This document shows, one piece after another, positions 40,482 to 53,103 of a DNA stretch of 64,000 nt (position 1 is the first letter of the stretch; every line of letters starts with the position of its first letter). A program made the position numbers and the translations under genes. The notes beneath the pieces were generated by a model. It saw only the letters and a program-made list of their open reading frames with translations. It was not told the origin of the DNA and searched no databases. The stretch is from Chiloscyllium plagiosum. Its lineage: Eukaryota. The stretch lies in contig NC_057749.1 in NCBI RefSeq assembly GCF_004010195.1, positions 6,439,327 to 6,503,326 of the forward strand, given 5' to 3'.

Positions 40482-41136
40482 TGTTATGAAGATGTGGTGA
40501 TACCTCACCTTTAACAGAGTTAAAAGCTATCAGAACTACCTGACAGCACCAAGTGTTCTGAACAAGGTAACAATCTAACACTTGATCAAAAACTAGATTA
40601 GCTCGTTGCCTGGAAATGACAAAACAGGTTCGAATAGAGGCCAATCAGTTTAAATTATACTCCAAAAGTACCATATTACAATCAAGTTTGAATTTAATAT
40701 TTTTTAATCTTAAAAGCCAATGACATAATCTGATTCTTTGGGGGGTATAAGACTGGGGAAAATTGAACAGTTGGAAGGAGAACTGCCAAAGCAATTACAT
40801 CTGCAGACTGCCCAGAGAATAGCTCTCTTAAAGTTACCTTTATCAATAGAACATTTGACAGCTGGCTGGTTTTGAAAACTTGAATTTTTTGGGAAATCTT
40901 AATTGGGGATTTTGTCAGACTAGTATTATAGAAAGGGAGGTAAAAGATAAGTCAGAGGAAGGAGTTGTAAATAGTTGTTAGTTAATTATTCTCTGTTATA
41001 CCTTAAGAAATAAAGTGGTTAATGTTCCCTTTAAATTGTACTGGCCTTGCGAATTTTCATAGATTACTGTACAGGATAAATCTTTTCTGTGTTGCTGGTT
41101 TAAATTAAGCAGGAGGGTTTTTCCCCTGTCATAACT
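40482..41136 (+). mobile_element. Solo LTR with 4-bp TSD
   Basis: TGTTATG...CATAAC(T) termini; GAAG at 40478-40481 and 41137-41140; internal TATAAG and AATAAA. Confidence 0.78.
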
Positions 41137-42595
41137 GAAGGATATTATTGAATTGGAGAGGGTTCAGAAAAGATTTACCAGGATGTTGTTGGGAATGTAG
41201 CAGGTGAAGGGGTGTAGCAGGTTAAGGGGTGACTTTGTTGAGGTTTATAAAATCACGAGGGGCATAGATAAGGTAAATAGCAAAGGTGTTTTTCCTAGGG
41301 TGGAGAGTTCAAATCTAGAGGCATATTTTTAACTGAAAACAATCAATATTGGAGATCAGACAGTATCCATGGATAGAGAGCAAACTAATGTTTCATTGAT
41401 ATTTCTTCATCAATATGAGGGGAAACATTTTTCACACAGGCAGTGGTTCATGTATACCAGAAGCAGTGGTAGATGCAGGTACAGTAACAACTTTTAAAAG
41501 ACATTTGGACACATACATGAATAAGAAAGGATTTAGAGGGATATGGGACATGTGCAGGAAAGTGGGACTAGTTTTGTTTGGGAAACTTGGTTGGCATGGA
41601 TTGAAGGCACTGTCTCTGTGCCATATGGCTCTGACTCTACAATGTACCCTCTTATTTAGCTCCAACAACTTTCAGGGACCTGTGGACAGACACTCCAATG
41701 TCCCTCACTACCTCTATCTCTTTCAATACCCTCTTGTCTATTGTGTATTCCATTGTAGCATTTGCTTATCCAAATGCAGTAGAAACCCCACATCCACAGA
41801 TTTGGTTTCCACAGTTTCAGTTATCTGTGGTTTACTGTGGCCCAAAAGTATTACATGGAACATTCCGGAAATAATTCCAGAGGTAAATTTCCCATTTAAA
41901 TGATAGGGTTTGCTACTATCCGCGGTTTTGGGCATCCGTGATAGGTCTTGGAATGAATCACCTGTGGGTGGGGGGGGACTACTTTACATAAGCTCACACT
42001 TGTCAATTGCTACATTTCTATCCATTCAACTAAACAACATATATCATCGTGCTGATGATAGCCATTCTCTTCACTATCAATTACCCAGCCAATTGTTAGC
42101 TTTTCTAGCAAGAGGATTTAAGTACAGGAGCAAAAGTATTGCTTGACTTGTATATAACACCAGTGAGAATGTACCTGGAGAATTATGTGCAGGTCTGGTC
42201 TCATTGTCAAAGGAAGGATATACTTGCTCAAGGGGGAGATTGAGGTGACAGTGCCTGTATTCTCTGGAGTTATAAGAATGAGAGATGATCTGACAGAAAT
42301 GTTTAAAGGCATAGTCAGAGTAGATGTAGAAAGGACATTTCCCTTGGCTGTTAAGTCTCGAACCAGGGGTCATCGTGTCATGGGTTGGCCATTGAGGGTT
42401 GAGGTGAGGAAGAACCTCTTCACTCAGGGAGTATTGAATCTTCAGAATTCTCTACCTGAGAAGACCATGGAAGCTCAACACTGAACTAAATTCAGAAGAA
42501 GGTTTGATAGATTCTAATAACTGAAGGCATCAAGGGATATGAGGATAGTACCAAGAAATGGCACTGTGGTCAATGGTCAAACATGATCTAGGCCG

Positions 42596-43718
42596 CAGTG
42601 ATTCTTGACCGTTTTTTGGCCACGGACCCCCCAGGAGCTCTTTTCAGGTTCCAGGGCTTCCCTTTGAAACAGGGATGCAACACCAAAGGATAGACAGAAA
42701 TCATTTATTATTGAACACCAAGAAAATTTGAACATTCTGACATACTGCACAAAACTTTAAAAAAACAACTGTATGAAATTAAACATCTATCAGGCCTAAT
42801 GCTATCCTTGAGCTTGGTGCTTTTCCATAAGACAAGATAGTCATGCAGTTCAAACACATGGGCAAAGATGGATTTTGCAGATGAGCGATGAAACCATACC
42901 ATAAGTGTTCCACTGAACACGGCCGACACTTCTTTTTGGCCAAAGAACCCATGGGTAGAATTGTTTCTGAAAACAATAAAAATAATCATGAGACACTTCT
43001 TACAAGGAAAATACTGAACAAATGAACTCTGATTAAAAAAAGGTCTCGCAAGCCAGGCTGATCTTTGGATAATGAAGTATGGCAATAATTGGTGCACGAA
43101 CCCTTGATTGAATACATTGATCTGGTGCAGCCTGATTTGTGACTGACTCTGAAGTGAGGCTGTGTGGGAGGCACGGTGGCACAGTGGTTAGCACTGCTGC
43201 CTCACAGCGCCAGAGACCCAGGTTCAATTCCCGCCTCAGGCGGCTGACTGTGTGGAGTTTGCACATTCTCCCTGTGTCTGCGTGGGTATCGTCCGGGTGC
43301 TCTGGTTTCCTCCCACCGTCCAAAGATGTGCAGGTTAGGTGAATTGGCCATGCTAAATTGCCCGTAGTGTTAGGTGCAGGGGTGAATGTAGGGGAATGGG
43401 TCTGGGTGGGTTGCGCTTCGGCAGGTCGGTGTGGACTTGTTGGGCTGAAGGGCCCGTTTCCACACTGTAAGTAATCTAATCTAATCTAGGAGCTAAGCAA
43501 CCGGGTGTGCCAAATTCAAATGGTGTGTTGGAAAGATATTATAAATAGGAGGGAAACTATTAACTCCAATGAAGGTTGTTGCTTAGATATTTCATCAGTT
43601 CATTTACCAAGGCCCCCATAAATCCTTGGGGCTTTCCTTCTCGAGGTTTTCAGTCTGTGGCCCCCTTCAAGTGCCAGGGCCCTTAAGGGGGCCATATAGC
43701 CCCTGTTGGGAATGGCTG
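42596..43718. mobile_element. hAT-like DNA transposon remnant inside a CR1 3'UTR, with a nested SINE
   Basis: CAGTGATTCTT and GGGAATGGCTG ends. CR1 3'UTR resumes after 43719. The minus-strand peptide IFAHVFELHDYL resembles hAT transposase; the TSD is degenerate. Confidence 0.5.
43166..43487 (+). mobile_element. tRNA-derived SINE (HE1-type)
   Basis: Same head, body and tail. Further copies or relatives at about 1958-2262, 2701-3040, 11865-12140, 15317-15640, 19545-19830, 48138-48400, 50466-50820, 54685-54965 (-) and 60083-60392 (-). Confidence 0.9.
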
Positions 43719-43869
43719 ATCTGGACTGACAGAGCAGGCTCAAAGGGGCTGAATGGCCTACATTTGCTCCTACTCCAATATTCCAATGAAATGAACTGAT
43801 CCCTCTTTTCAGTCTTTTGTACAGAATGTCAATGCAATCTGAGCATCTCCCCCTCCCCCATCATCATCA

Positions 43870-44210
43870 GGGGAGGCAGTTGGTGAGTGGTATTATCACT
43901 GGACTGTAAATCCAGAGACATGGGTTCAAATCCCACAACCACAGATGGTGGAATTTGAATTCTATTTAAAAATCTGTAAATAAGAGATAAATGACAATTG
44001 TGAATCCATTGTCAGGGAAAAAAAACCCACCTGGTTGACTACTGTCCCTTAGGGAAGGAAATCTGCCATCCTTACCTGGTCTGGCATGGACTTGACTCAA
44101 GACCCACAGCAACTGTGTTGTCTCTTAACTGTCTTCTGGGTAATTATGAATGGGCAATAAATGCTGGCCCAGCCAGTGACACCCTCATTCTATGAATGAA
44201 TAAAAAAACT
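43870..44210 (+). mobile_element. Second tRNA-derived SINE family
   Basis: ggggaggc...gtggtattatcactggactg head, ggttcaaatcc B box, tgaatgaataaaa tail. Copies at about 24065-24375, 29461-30005 (split by CR1), 44790-45045, 47200-47540 (-) and 58775-59115 (-). Confidence 0.75.
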
Positions 44211-46251
44211 ACTCACATTATCCAAGGAGTGGTGTCTAGGGTCAGGTTGGCTCTGTTCACAAACAGCTGTGACTTTTAAACAAAGGAGTCATCTGACAGT
44301 GATGGATGGTTAACTGCTGAAACTCAATCAATGATGTTGAAAGACCACGGCACCAAATAACCTCAGAAACAGCTCACATCCAGGAACAAAGCACAGGCCC
44401 TGCAGACATCAAACCTAGTGGCAGGAGTTGATGAGGCCACAAATGAGAAAAGTAAAACTTGCTGTTTCGTTACCCTCCTAATTTTCTTTCCTTCAAGGGC
44501 TGGCAGTCCCAGGATAAACTCCTTTCAAAAACCAAATTCAGAAGTTGCTGGACAAGCTCAGCGGTCCCCGGCAGTATCTGTGGAGAGAAATCAGAGTCAA
44601 CGTTTTGGGTTGAGTGACCCTTCTTCAGAAGTAAATTCCTTTCAGTGCCTTGTCTCATAGACAGAAAGGAAAGGAGAAGAAGGAGAGAGGGAGTTATAGA
44701 ACAAGCGAACGCAGTAAGCTAAGAGCTGATGGCCTTGTGTATGTGTGTGTATCTGAGTGGGTGAGTGAAGATCTCATCATCAGATGATGATATTTGAATT
44801 GAATAAATATCTGGAATTAAGAACCTAATGGTGTCGACAAGGCAATTGTCAGGGGGCAAAGCCCATCTGGTTCATTAATGTCCATTATGGAAGGAAACTG
44901 CCTTCCTTACCTGGTCTGGCCTACATGTGACTCCAGACCCACAGCAATGTGCTTGACTCTTAACTGCCCTCTGGGCAATTAGGGATGGGCAGTAAATTCT
45001 ACCTGACCAGTGATGCCCTCATCTTGGTGAAATGAATGAAAAAAAGAAGAGAAAGCCTGACTTGCATTTGTATAGCAGACATCCCAAAGGACTTTATGGT
45101 CAATTGGATGAAGGGATTGAGCATTCATAGATAAGCTAGCACTTCTAATTGCTCTTGGGAAAGAGGTGGTGAGTTGTTGCCTTGGGGTATAAGGACACTC
45201 ACTGCACCATTAGGAAGATGTTTCCCGGGCTTTGACCCACAACAATGACATATTTCCAAGTTGGAACAGTGTGTAGTTTGGAAGGGAACTTACAATTCCC
45301 ACCCACCTGTTGCCTTTGTGCTTCTCGATGGTAGAATATTACAGGATCCTGAGTGAGCCTGACATAACCTTTGGGATGGACCCTGAGGAATTTTGATGGC
45401 CCTGCACATTCCAATGGCCGACACTGGATAATGATCAAAAGTAGTGGGTCCTGCTCTGACCAACATGTGTTGCAGTGAATTATAGCCCTCAGCTGTTGCT
45501 ACTTAAACTGAGCCCTGGATCTTCATTGAATTATACATCGGCCCCTTGGAACTGTTTTAATTTGCCTGCTTATCAAAACAAGAGGTGGTGGCTTCTTATT
45601 AGCCCCCCAGCTCCTGCCTTGGAAACTTGTATGTTCAAATCTCACTTCAGATGATTGAACACAAACCTTGGGCTGCCACTCATACTCTGTGCTCAGTTAT
45701 GTCTGACGGTGGGAGGTGTTAAACTGAAGCCCTGTCTGCTGTCTCAGGCAGTGAGAATAACGGCAGCGCACGATTTTGAACAGGAAAGTCCTTTCAATAT
45801 TTGCCCTTCAACTCAACACCACGAAAGCAGATTATCCAATCATTCTGTGGAGGTTCCGGTGTTGGATTGGGGTGGATGAGGTCAAAGGTTATACGCCACC
45901 AGATTATAGTCCAACAGGTTTATTTGGAACCACAAGCTTTCTGAGCACTGCTCCTTCGTCAGGTCACCATTTCTGCAAAGCTGGACTTTTTATTTCTCTA
46001 TTTTCTAAGATTTTGTAACTGAAGAAGCTGCACTGACGTCCTTTGGCCTAAGATGGCGCTGTAACTGGCGACGTATAAACTTTTAGCTGTACTCATTTGA
46101 GTACATGTGACAGTAAAGGTAATTCAATTCAATTCAATTTCCATTTTTGACTTTTACAATAGCCTATTTTGTCAGGTTGTAATCAGCTATCGGACAGACC
46201 AAACAGAAACTACAGGTTTGTTTTTCACTGAAGGACACTCAAGAATATTAA

Positions 46252-46397
46252 TGATTTGGAGATGCCTGTGTTGGACTGGGGTGTACAAAGGTAAAAATCA
46301 CACAACACTAGGCTATAATCCAACAGGTTTAATTGAAAGCTAGTGTGCTTCCAATTAAACTTGTTGGACTATAACCTGGTGTTGTGTGATTTTTAAC
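46252..46397. mobile_element. Palindromic short element, same family, with 12-bp TSD
   Basis: CAAGAATATTAA at 46240-46251 and 46398-46409. Relatives at about 24477-24636 and 45850-45965. Confidence 0.75.
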
Positions 46398-46523
46398 CAA
46401 GAATATTAAGTGAGTGAAAGTAAGAAAAAAGTGACTTGACAAGAATGTAAGCAATGTAACAAGACTTTCTTATCTCAATAAATGGGACAAACAATTTAGA
46501 AATTACTTTTCTCTTTGTTCATT

Positions 46524-47193
46524 TTTTTTATTTCAAAAATATACTTTATTCATAAATACTTTGATGATCTATACAACTGGACATGCCATACATATGTAAA
46601 CATTCCATTTCTTTGGGTACCGAAACAGAGTAATCATTCCTATTTACAGGTCGGTACGATTACATTTTTAGCTGAGGTGCCAGCAGAGCCCAAATGACTG
46701 TGCGGGCCTCCTGTTCTTCTTAGGCAGGCAGACATTACACGGTATTCTTTCCCCACCGCGCCTTGGCGGCAGCTGCCCCAAGCTTCAGCGCATCCCTCAA
46801 CACGTAGTTCTGGACCTTGGAATGTGCCAGTCTGCAACACTCAGTCGGGGTCAACTCCTTCAGCTGGAAGATCAACAGGTTTCGGACCGCCCAGAGAGTG
46901 TCCTTCACCGAGTTGACGATCCTCCAGGCGCAGTTGATTTTCGTCTCAGTGTGCATCCCGGGGAACAGACCGTAGAGCATGGAGTCCCGCATCATGGCGC
47001 TGCTCGGTACAAACCTCTGCATTCCTCCCCAGACTTCCTCTGCATAGGCACATTCCAGAAGGAGGTGTGTGACAGTCTCGTCCCCCCCGCAGCCGCTTCG
47101 AGGGCAGCGATGGTGCAGCAGAGAGTCCGGGTGTGCATAAAGGATCTCACAGACAGAGCCCTTCTCGCCACCAGCCAAGCCATGTCTTGGTAT
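46524..47193 (-). mobile_element. Tx1/L1-clade LINE 3' fragment with 17-bp TSD
   Basis: Zinc-knuckle C-terminus CPRSGCGGDETVTHLLLEC...WGKNTV*, then AATAAA and an A-rich tail. TSD TTTTCTCTTT(G/A)TTCATT at 46507-46523 and 47194-47210. Confidence 0.85.
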
Positions 47194-49623
47194 TTTTCTC
47201 TTTATTCATTCACAGGATGTGGGCATGAATGGTCAGGCAGAATTTATTGCCCATCCCTAATTGCCCAGAGGGCAGTTAAGAGTCAACCACATCACTGTGA
47301 TCTGGAGTCACATGTAGGCCAGACCAGATAAGGATGGCGATTTCCTTCCCTAAAGGACATTTGTGTCCCAAATGCGTTTTTCTGACAATCGAGAATGGGT
47401 TCATGGTCATCATTGGACTCTTAATGCTAGATTTTCATTGAATTCAAATTCCATCATCTGCTGTGGCTGGATTCGAACCTGGGCCCCCAGAACATCTTCT
47501 GGATCTCTGAACTAACAGTTCATCCATAATACCACCAGGAGAAAAATGAAGCTCTGTCTATCTGCGTTCCAACCCAAGCTACCAGTTCACATTAAAAACA
47601 AGCAGAAAAACTGCTAAATCTAACCAGAAATAACTTTTCAACTGAGTACATTAGTAAACCTCAGCTATAAATTTGTAAGGTGCTTTTTAAGTGCCTTTGT
47701 GTAACTGTGTTCCCCAGCTCGATCATGTTTACCCTGAGATGGTTCCTCAGGAGAAAATCTTGGGGATCCTGTGACTAGTCCTGTGGGATACACGACCTGC
47801 TCAGTCTGGAGGGTGGGCTGTGCTGGAACTCTTGGTTCATTTCCTTCTTCTAAAAGATGCGAATTCTGGCATTTTTATTTAAAAATCAGATTTAAGAATG
47901 AGCAAGGCTCCAGAGACAATGCCCTTCCAACCCACCTCGAAGGACAAAGGCAGCAGATAACACTACCCACAAGTTTCCCTGTGAGTCACTCACCATCCTG
48001 ACTTGGAAGTCTGTTGGTCATCTCCTCCCTCATGGCACTGTGGGTGCCCCTCCTTCAACTGCAACCCATCTTGTCCATGACATTTAGAGATGGACGGTCA
48101 ATGTTGGCACAACCAGTGACACTTATGTGCTGTAAAAGGGTGGCATGTTGGTACAGCAGTGCCACCTTACAGTGCCAGGGACCCAGGTTCGATTCAACCC
48201 TCAGATGACTGTGGGGTTAGCACATTCTCCCCGTGTCTGCTTGGGTTTCCCCCCACAGTCCAAAGATGTGCAGGCTAGGTAGATTGGACATACCATATTG
48301 GCCATAGAGACCAGGGATGTGCAGTTTAGGTGGAATAACCATGAGAAATGCAGGGATAGGGTTGGGATTGTGGGTGGGGTGCTCTTTGAAAGTGGCAGTC
48401 AAACGTTTGCAATAAGTTTGTTAGATAAGGAGTCACAATGAATAAGAATTGTTAGAAAGTAGTTGGGTGAATTGGGTGAAGAGCTCCCTCTTCTGGTGAA
48501 AGAGCAAACATCATCTATATTGGGCTCTTCCTGCGAACCACAGCCTGGTTTAAATCTTGTTTGTTTAAGCCCTTAGGGAACTGGTGATTTGTTTTTTGCC
48601 TGCTTGCGGTCGTCCATCAAAAGACAAATACCACAGATGTCATGGGGAAGAATTGTTTGTTGTAAGCACTTGTCAGCTGCAGCTCAGTCAGGAGCTGTCT
48701 TGCCTCTGAGTGAAAATGTTGAATCATCGTCCCACTCTGCAGTTTCAGCAAAAGTATCCAGGCTGGAAATTCAGTGCCTTCTCTAGGATGAGATACTCTT
48801 TTTTTTCTTTTTTTCTTTTCTCTTTTTTTTAACCCCCACACTACCGCCTAACTGCAATAGTGCTTATTTTTTCCCCAGCACCCATGGTGTGTGTGTGCAG
48901 GTGTGAGACACAGTGAGAGACATAAGGTGCATGAATCTTTATTCAATTTCCACCACCAGGAAGATAGGAAACACCCGAGTGGCCAGCTGTGCCCTTCACA
49001 AAAAGGCAATGCCGGATGAGATATTAAAGTGAAATCCCACCTGCCCTCTCAGCTGAAATGGCACTGTTAGGTGAAGTACAGAGAGATTTTCCCTGCTGTC
49101 ACTCATTATCACTAAAACAGACTGAGCTGGTTAATGTCATGTTGCTGTTTGTGTAATCTTGCTGTGTTTCCTACATGACCACCACGTTTCAAAACTTAGC
49201 ATGCAATTGGCTGTAGGACTATATAAATTCAGGGGCTATATAAATTCAGGTCTCTCAATCTTATACCGCCAACTTTTTCATGAAAATAGCACTTTGTTCT
49301 CCCGGTCTCTGACGACTTCTGGCCTCAGTGCAGACATGATGAGGGGCCCTCTCAGCCTGGTGTAGTGGCCTCCCATGGGAGTCCCCCCTTGTGGTGACCT
49401 CCCAGCCTTGCATAGTGGTGTTCCAACCTTGGATGGCCTCATCATGATCTCTCAGTCTGTAGGGGATTCCAGAGCGATCTCCCAGACTCATGAACCTCAG
49501 CACGGTCTGGACCCAAGGCCCAGTGCAGACTGGAGGCGAGGTGCCAGCCTGGGATTGGAAGACCAATGTTCTGAACGTTTATTTCTGTGACATGGGACTT
49601 TTTAATTTCTCTATGGTTCAAAG

Positions 49624-49868
49624 ATTTTTTTATTTCAAAATATGCTTTATTCATTGAAAATAAATGTTGCTACATGGACAGTTAATGAACCCAGTCAGAT
49701 CTATACTCTTTTTAATTACAGATGACAAATTGAGTCTTTGATGTCCACCATACTCCATATTTAAAGATGACCTCTTGGCCTGTAGCTGAGGCAACAGTGG
49801 GGCCTAATTACTGAATGGGCCCTTCTTATTCTTTAGCAGAGGGACCTTACAAGATGGTGTTTCCCCTG
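49624..49868 (-). mobile_element. 3' end of a related Tx1-like LINE
   Basis: Terminal tttttttatttcaaaatatgctttattc is nearly identical to the end of 46524-47193. Confidence 0.6.
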
Positions 49869-50207
49869 ATCTTGTAACTGAAGAAGATGTACTCAAGCAC
49901 ATTTGTACATAACATGGCGCTGTAAGTGACGATGTTTAAACTTTTCACTGTACTCATTTGAGTACATGTGACAATAAAGCAAATTCAATTCAATTCAATT
50001 GTCTTCCAACCTCCTCAATACTCACAATGCTCTCACAGGTGGATTGATGATGCACTGTCGTTTTAATAGGTGTGGGACATAGGAATCAAAGGGACTAAAA
50101 AACGAGCCCTGTTGACCCGGCAATATGTTCCTTGCTAACATCTGGGGGTTTGCATCAAATTGGGGAGAGTTGCCTACAGACTTGTCAAGCAACTGTCTGA
50201 CATACTA

Positions 50208-50412
50208 TAAACAACAAATGCTGGAGATCGCAGTGGATCAGGCAACATCCATGGAGAGAGAGCAAGCTGATGTTTCATGTCTAAACGACTTGTCACCAGC
50301 TTTGAATCATCTAGACTCAAAACATTAGCTTGCTCTCTCTCTCCATGGATGCTGTCTGACCTGCTGTGATCTCCAACATTTGTTGTTTTCAGTACAGATT
50401 CCAGTTTCTGCG
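50208..50412. repeat. Palindromic short element (related Penelope-terminal family)
   Basis: aaacaacaaatgctggagatc...gagagagagcaagct mirrored by agcttgctctctctc...gatctccaacatttgttgttt. Confidence 0.7.
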
Positions 50413-50882
50413 GGAATTTTCTCCAACATTCTGACATACTCTTTCTCCTGGAATCATATCTTGGGGGAACACGGTGGCTCAGTGGTTAGCACCTGCTGCC
50501 TCACAGCGCCAGGGACCCGGGTTTGATTCCTGCCTCAGGTGACTGTCTGTATGGAGTTTGCACATTCTCCCCATGTCTGCATGAATTTGCTCTGGTTTCC
50601 TTCCACAGACACAAATATGTGCAGGTTAGGTGAATTGGCCATGCTAGATTGCTCATAGTGTTCAGGGATGTGGAGACTAGGTGCATTAGTCAGGGGTAAA
50701 TGTAGAGTAATAGGGCAGAAGAATGGATCTAGGTGGGTTACTCTTCGGAGGGTCTGTGTTGACTTGTTGGGCCAAAGGGCCTGTTTCCACACTGTGGGGA
50801 TTCTATGATTCTGTTCTATGATAACTGAGTGACAACATCCTAGACAACACTATTGCCATCCCTGTCAGATTTCCTTCCCTAA

Positions 50883-51519
50883 TATATATGGACTGTGTGC
50901 CTTTCAGAGGGATTTGTTCTGTGTCATTTCCCCTGCAGAGAGGTGTTGCTGCAGTGGTGACAGAAACAGTGGGTAAACAACTTGGGGCTCCCAAAGCATG
51001 TTTCTGATAAATTAGACAAAAGAAACATGAGTGGTTGGAGTCCGGCTCACACAGAGCCAGGGTTTTTGTTGAAATTGTCTGTTGCAGCTGATAGATTCAG
51101 CTCTTTCTCTGCTGTAGCTAAAAGGTTGAGTTCATTTTCTACTGCTAGACTGCTTCTTTCAGTGTTCCTTTCTCCTGGACTGGAGAGAGCAAGTGAGAAA
51201 AATCTGTTTCACTCAATTTGTCTTTGCCAAGGGAGTGTTTATGGGATACGGTGATATTGGAATAGTTGATGAATAGTAGTTAAATAATATATTTATTTGT
51301 AATTATTTCAATAGAGTTAAAGTTATGCCAAATCTTTTCCTTTTTTTGTTTGTATTTTAACTGTGTTGTAATAATAAAGTGTGTTTTGTTTAAAGCGTAG
51401 TAGTTTGACCAATTGAATCACATCAGGAGCACAGTTCCTTATACTTGACTTTAAGTAACATAAAAGTTAGGGTCTGGAATATGTCCTTGTTATGTCTTGA
51501 GAGGGTTTGGTCCATAACA
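50883..51519 (+). mobile_element. Solo LTR-like element related to 61415-62164
   Basis: Ends ggtccataaca, the reverse complement of tgttatggacc; splits a SINE (ttccttccctaa|...|aagacattagtg). Confidence 0.6.
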
Positions 51520-52451
51520 AAAAGACATTAGTGATCCAGGTGGGTTTTTACAAGAATTGTCAATGATGGCATGGTCACCATTAGCTTTTCATCCATGCTT
51601 CCATTTTAAAGATTGAATTTGAAGGTTAGCATACACTGTGATGGGAGTCAAACTCATGTCTCCAGAATATTGGCCTTGAGTTCTGGATTAATAACTGATT
51701 GACATAGACTCATCCAATCCCTGTGGAAGCAGGCCATTCTGCCCATTGAGCCTACTCTGACTCTTCTATGACTTACCCACCTAACATGCACATGGGCAAT
51801 TTAGCGTAGTCAAGTCCCTCACACCACCATCTCCCCTAATTTAAAATAAGTCAGGTAAAAAACTTGTTACTGCAGATCAAAATAGCAAAGCCTTAATGAT
51901 AAATTTAATCAAATCTTTATTAGTTTGACAATTTGTTTTTGACAAATAGAGATTTTAAGTTTAGCAATTATAACACTTTGTCCATTTTATTCATTAAAAT
52001 ACAAAATTAAGCTTAAAGAGACCATAAATGTATCACGTGGTGTCAGATTTGGTGTGAGAGCATTTCGGATGCCAAATAAAATTAGCACAATCGACATCAT
52101 CATGGCATGCATTTTCAGGAAAAAAATGGAATTTTATTCATCGAAAACATTTTGAGATGGTTTTACCCACAGATCTTTGGGAATCCTTCAGCCACCTTGG
52201 AAAAGGAGTACAGAGGAATCTTGATTATCCGAACAAGATGGGCAGGCACTATTCCGTTCGGATAATTGATTATTCGGTTAATTGATTCAATGCCTTTCTT
52301 CTGGGGATTGGAGTTTTTTTGTTAAGTCTGCTCCCCGTTCAGGAGACTAGGCAGCAGCATACTGCATGTGAAACCTCCCCCCCCCCCCTTCCCCACCCGT
52401 ACCCCCCTGCCTGGCCCCCAACCCCATCTAACCCCACTCCCCTCACCCTCC

Positions 52452-52508
52452 NNNNNNNNNNNNNNNNNNNNNNNNNNNNNNNNNNNNNNNNNNNNNNNNN
52501 NNNNNNNN
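52452..52508. other. Assembly gap
   Basis: Run of N. Confidence 1.
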
Positions 52509-53072
52509 ACACACAGCCACACACACACACACACACAGCCACACACACACACAGCCACACACACACACAGCCACACACACACACACACATAGCCACACAC
52601 ACAGCCACACACACAAAGCCACACACACACAGCCACACACACATAGCCACACACACAAACACACACACACAGCCACACACACATAGACACACACACACAC
52701 ACACACACACACAGCCACACACACACATAGCCACACACACAGCCACACACACAAAGCCACACACACACAGCCACACACACATAGCCACACACACAAACAC
52801 ACACACACAGCCACACACACATAGACACACACACACACACACACACACACAGCCACACACACACATAGCCACACACACAGCCACACACACAAAGCCACAC
52901 ACACACAGCCACACACACATAGCCACACACACAAACACACAAACACAGCCACACACACATAGACACACACACACACACACACACACACAGCCACACACAC
53001 ACATAGCCACACACACACACACGTCCAAAACCCCACACACACACCCATAGCCACACACACGCACACACACAC

Positions 53073-53102
<30 letters not shown>
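52509..53102. repeat. CA-rich satellite with 138-bp higher-order period
   Basis: ATAGACAC recurs at 52683, 52821 and 52959. Confidence 0.9.

Positions 53103-53103
<1 letters not shown>

Larger units (their letters stand above)
39580..41640 (+). mobile_element. CR1 fragment hosting nested Penelope and LTR insertions
   Basis: CR1 sequence resumes exactly after each TSD (40406 and 41141). Confidence 0.85.

Noticed and set aside
52319..53102. Long His/Thr and Cys/Val ORFs of 219-258 aa
   Set aside because: Translations of a CA microsatellite spanning an N gap.
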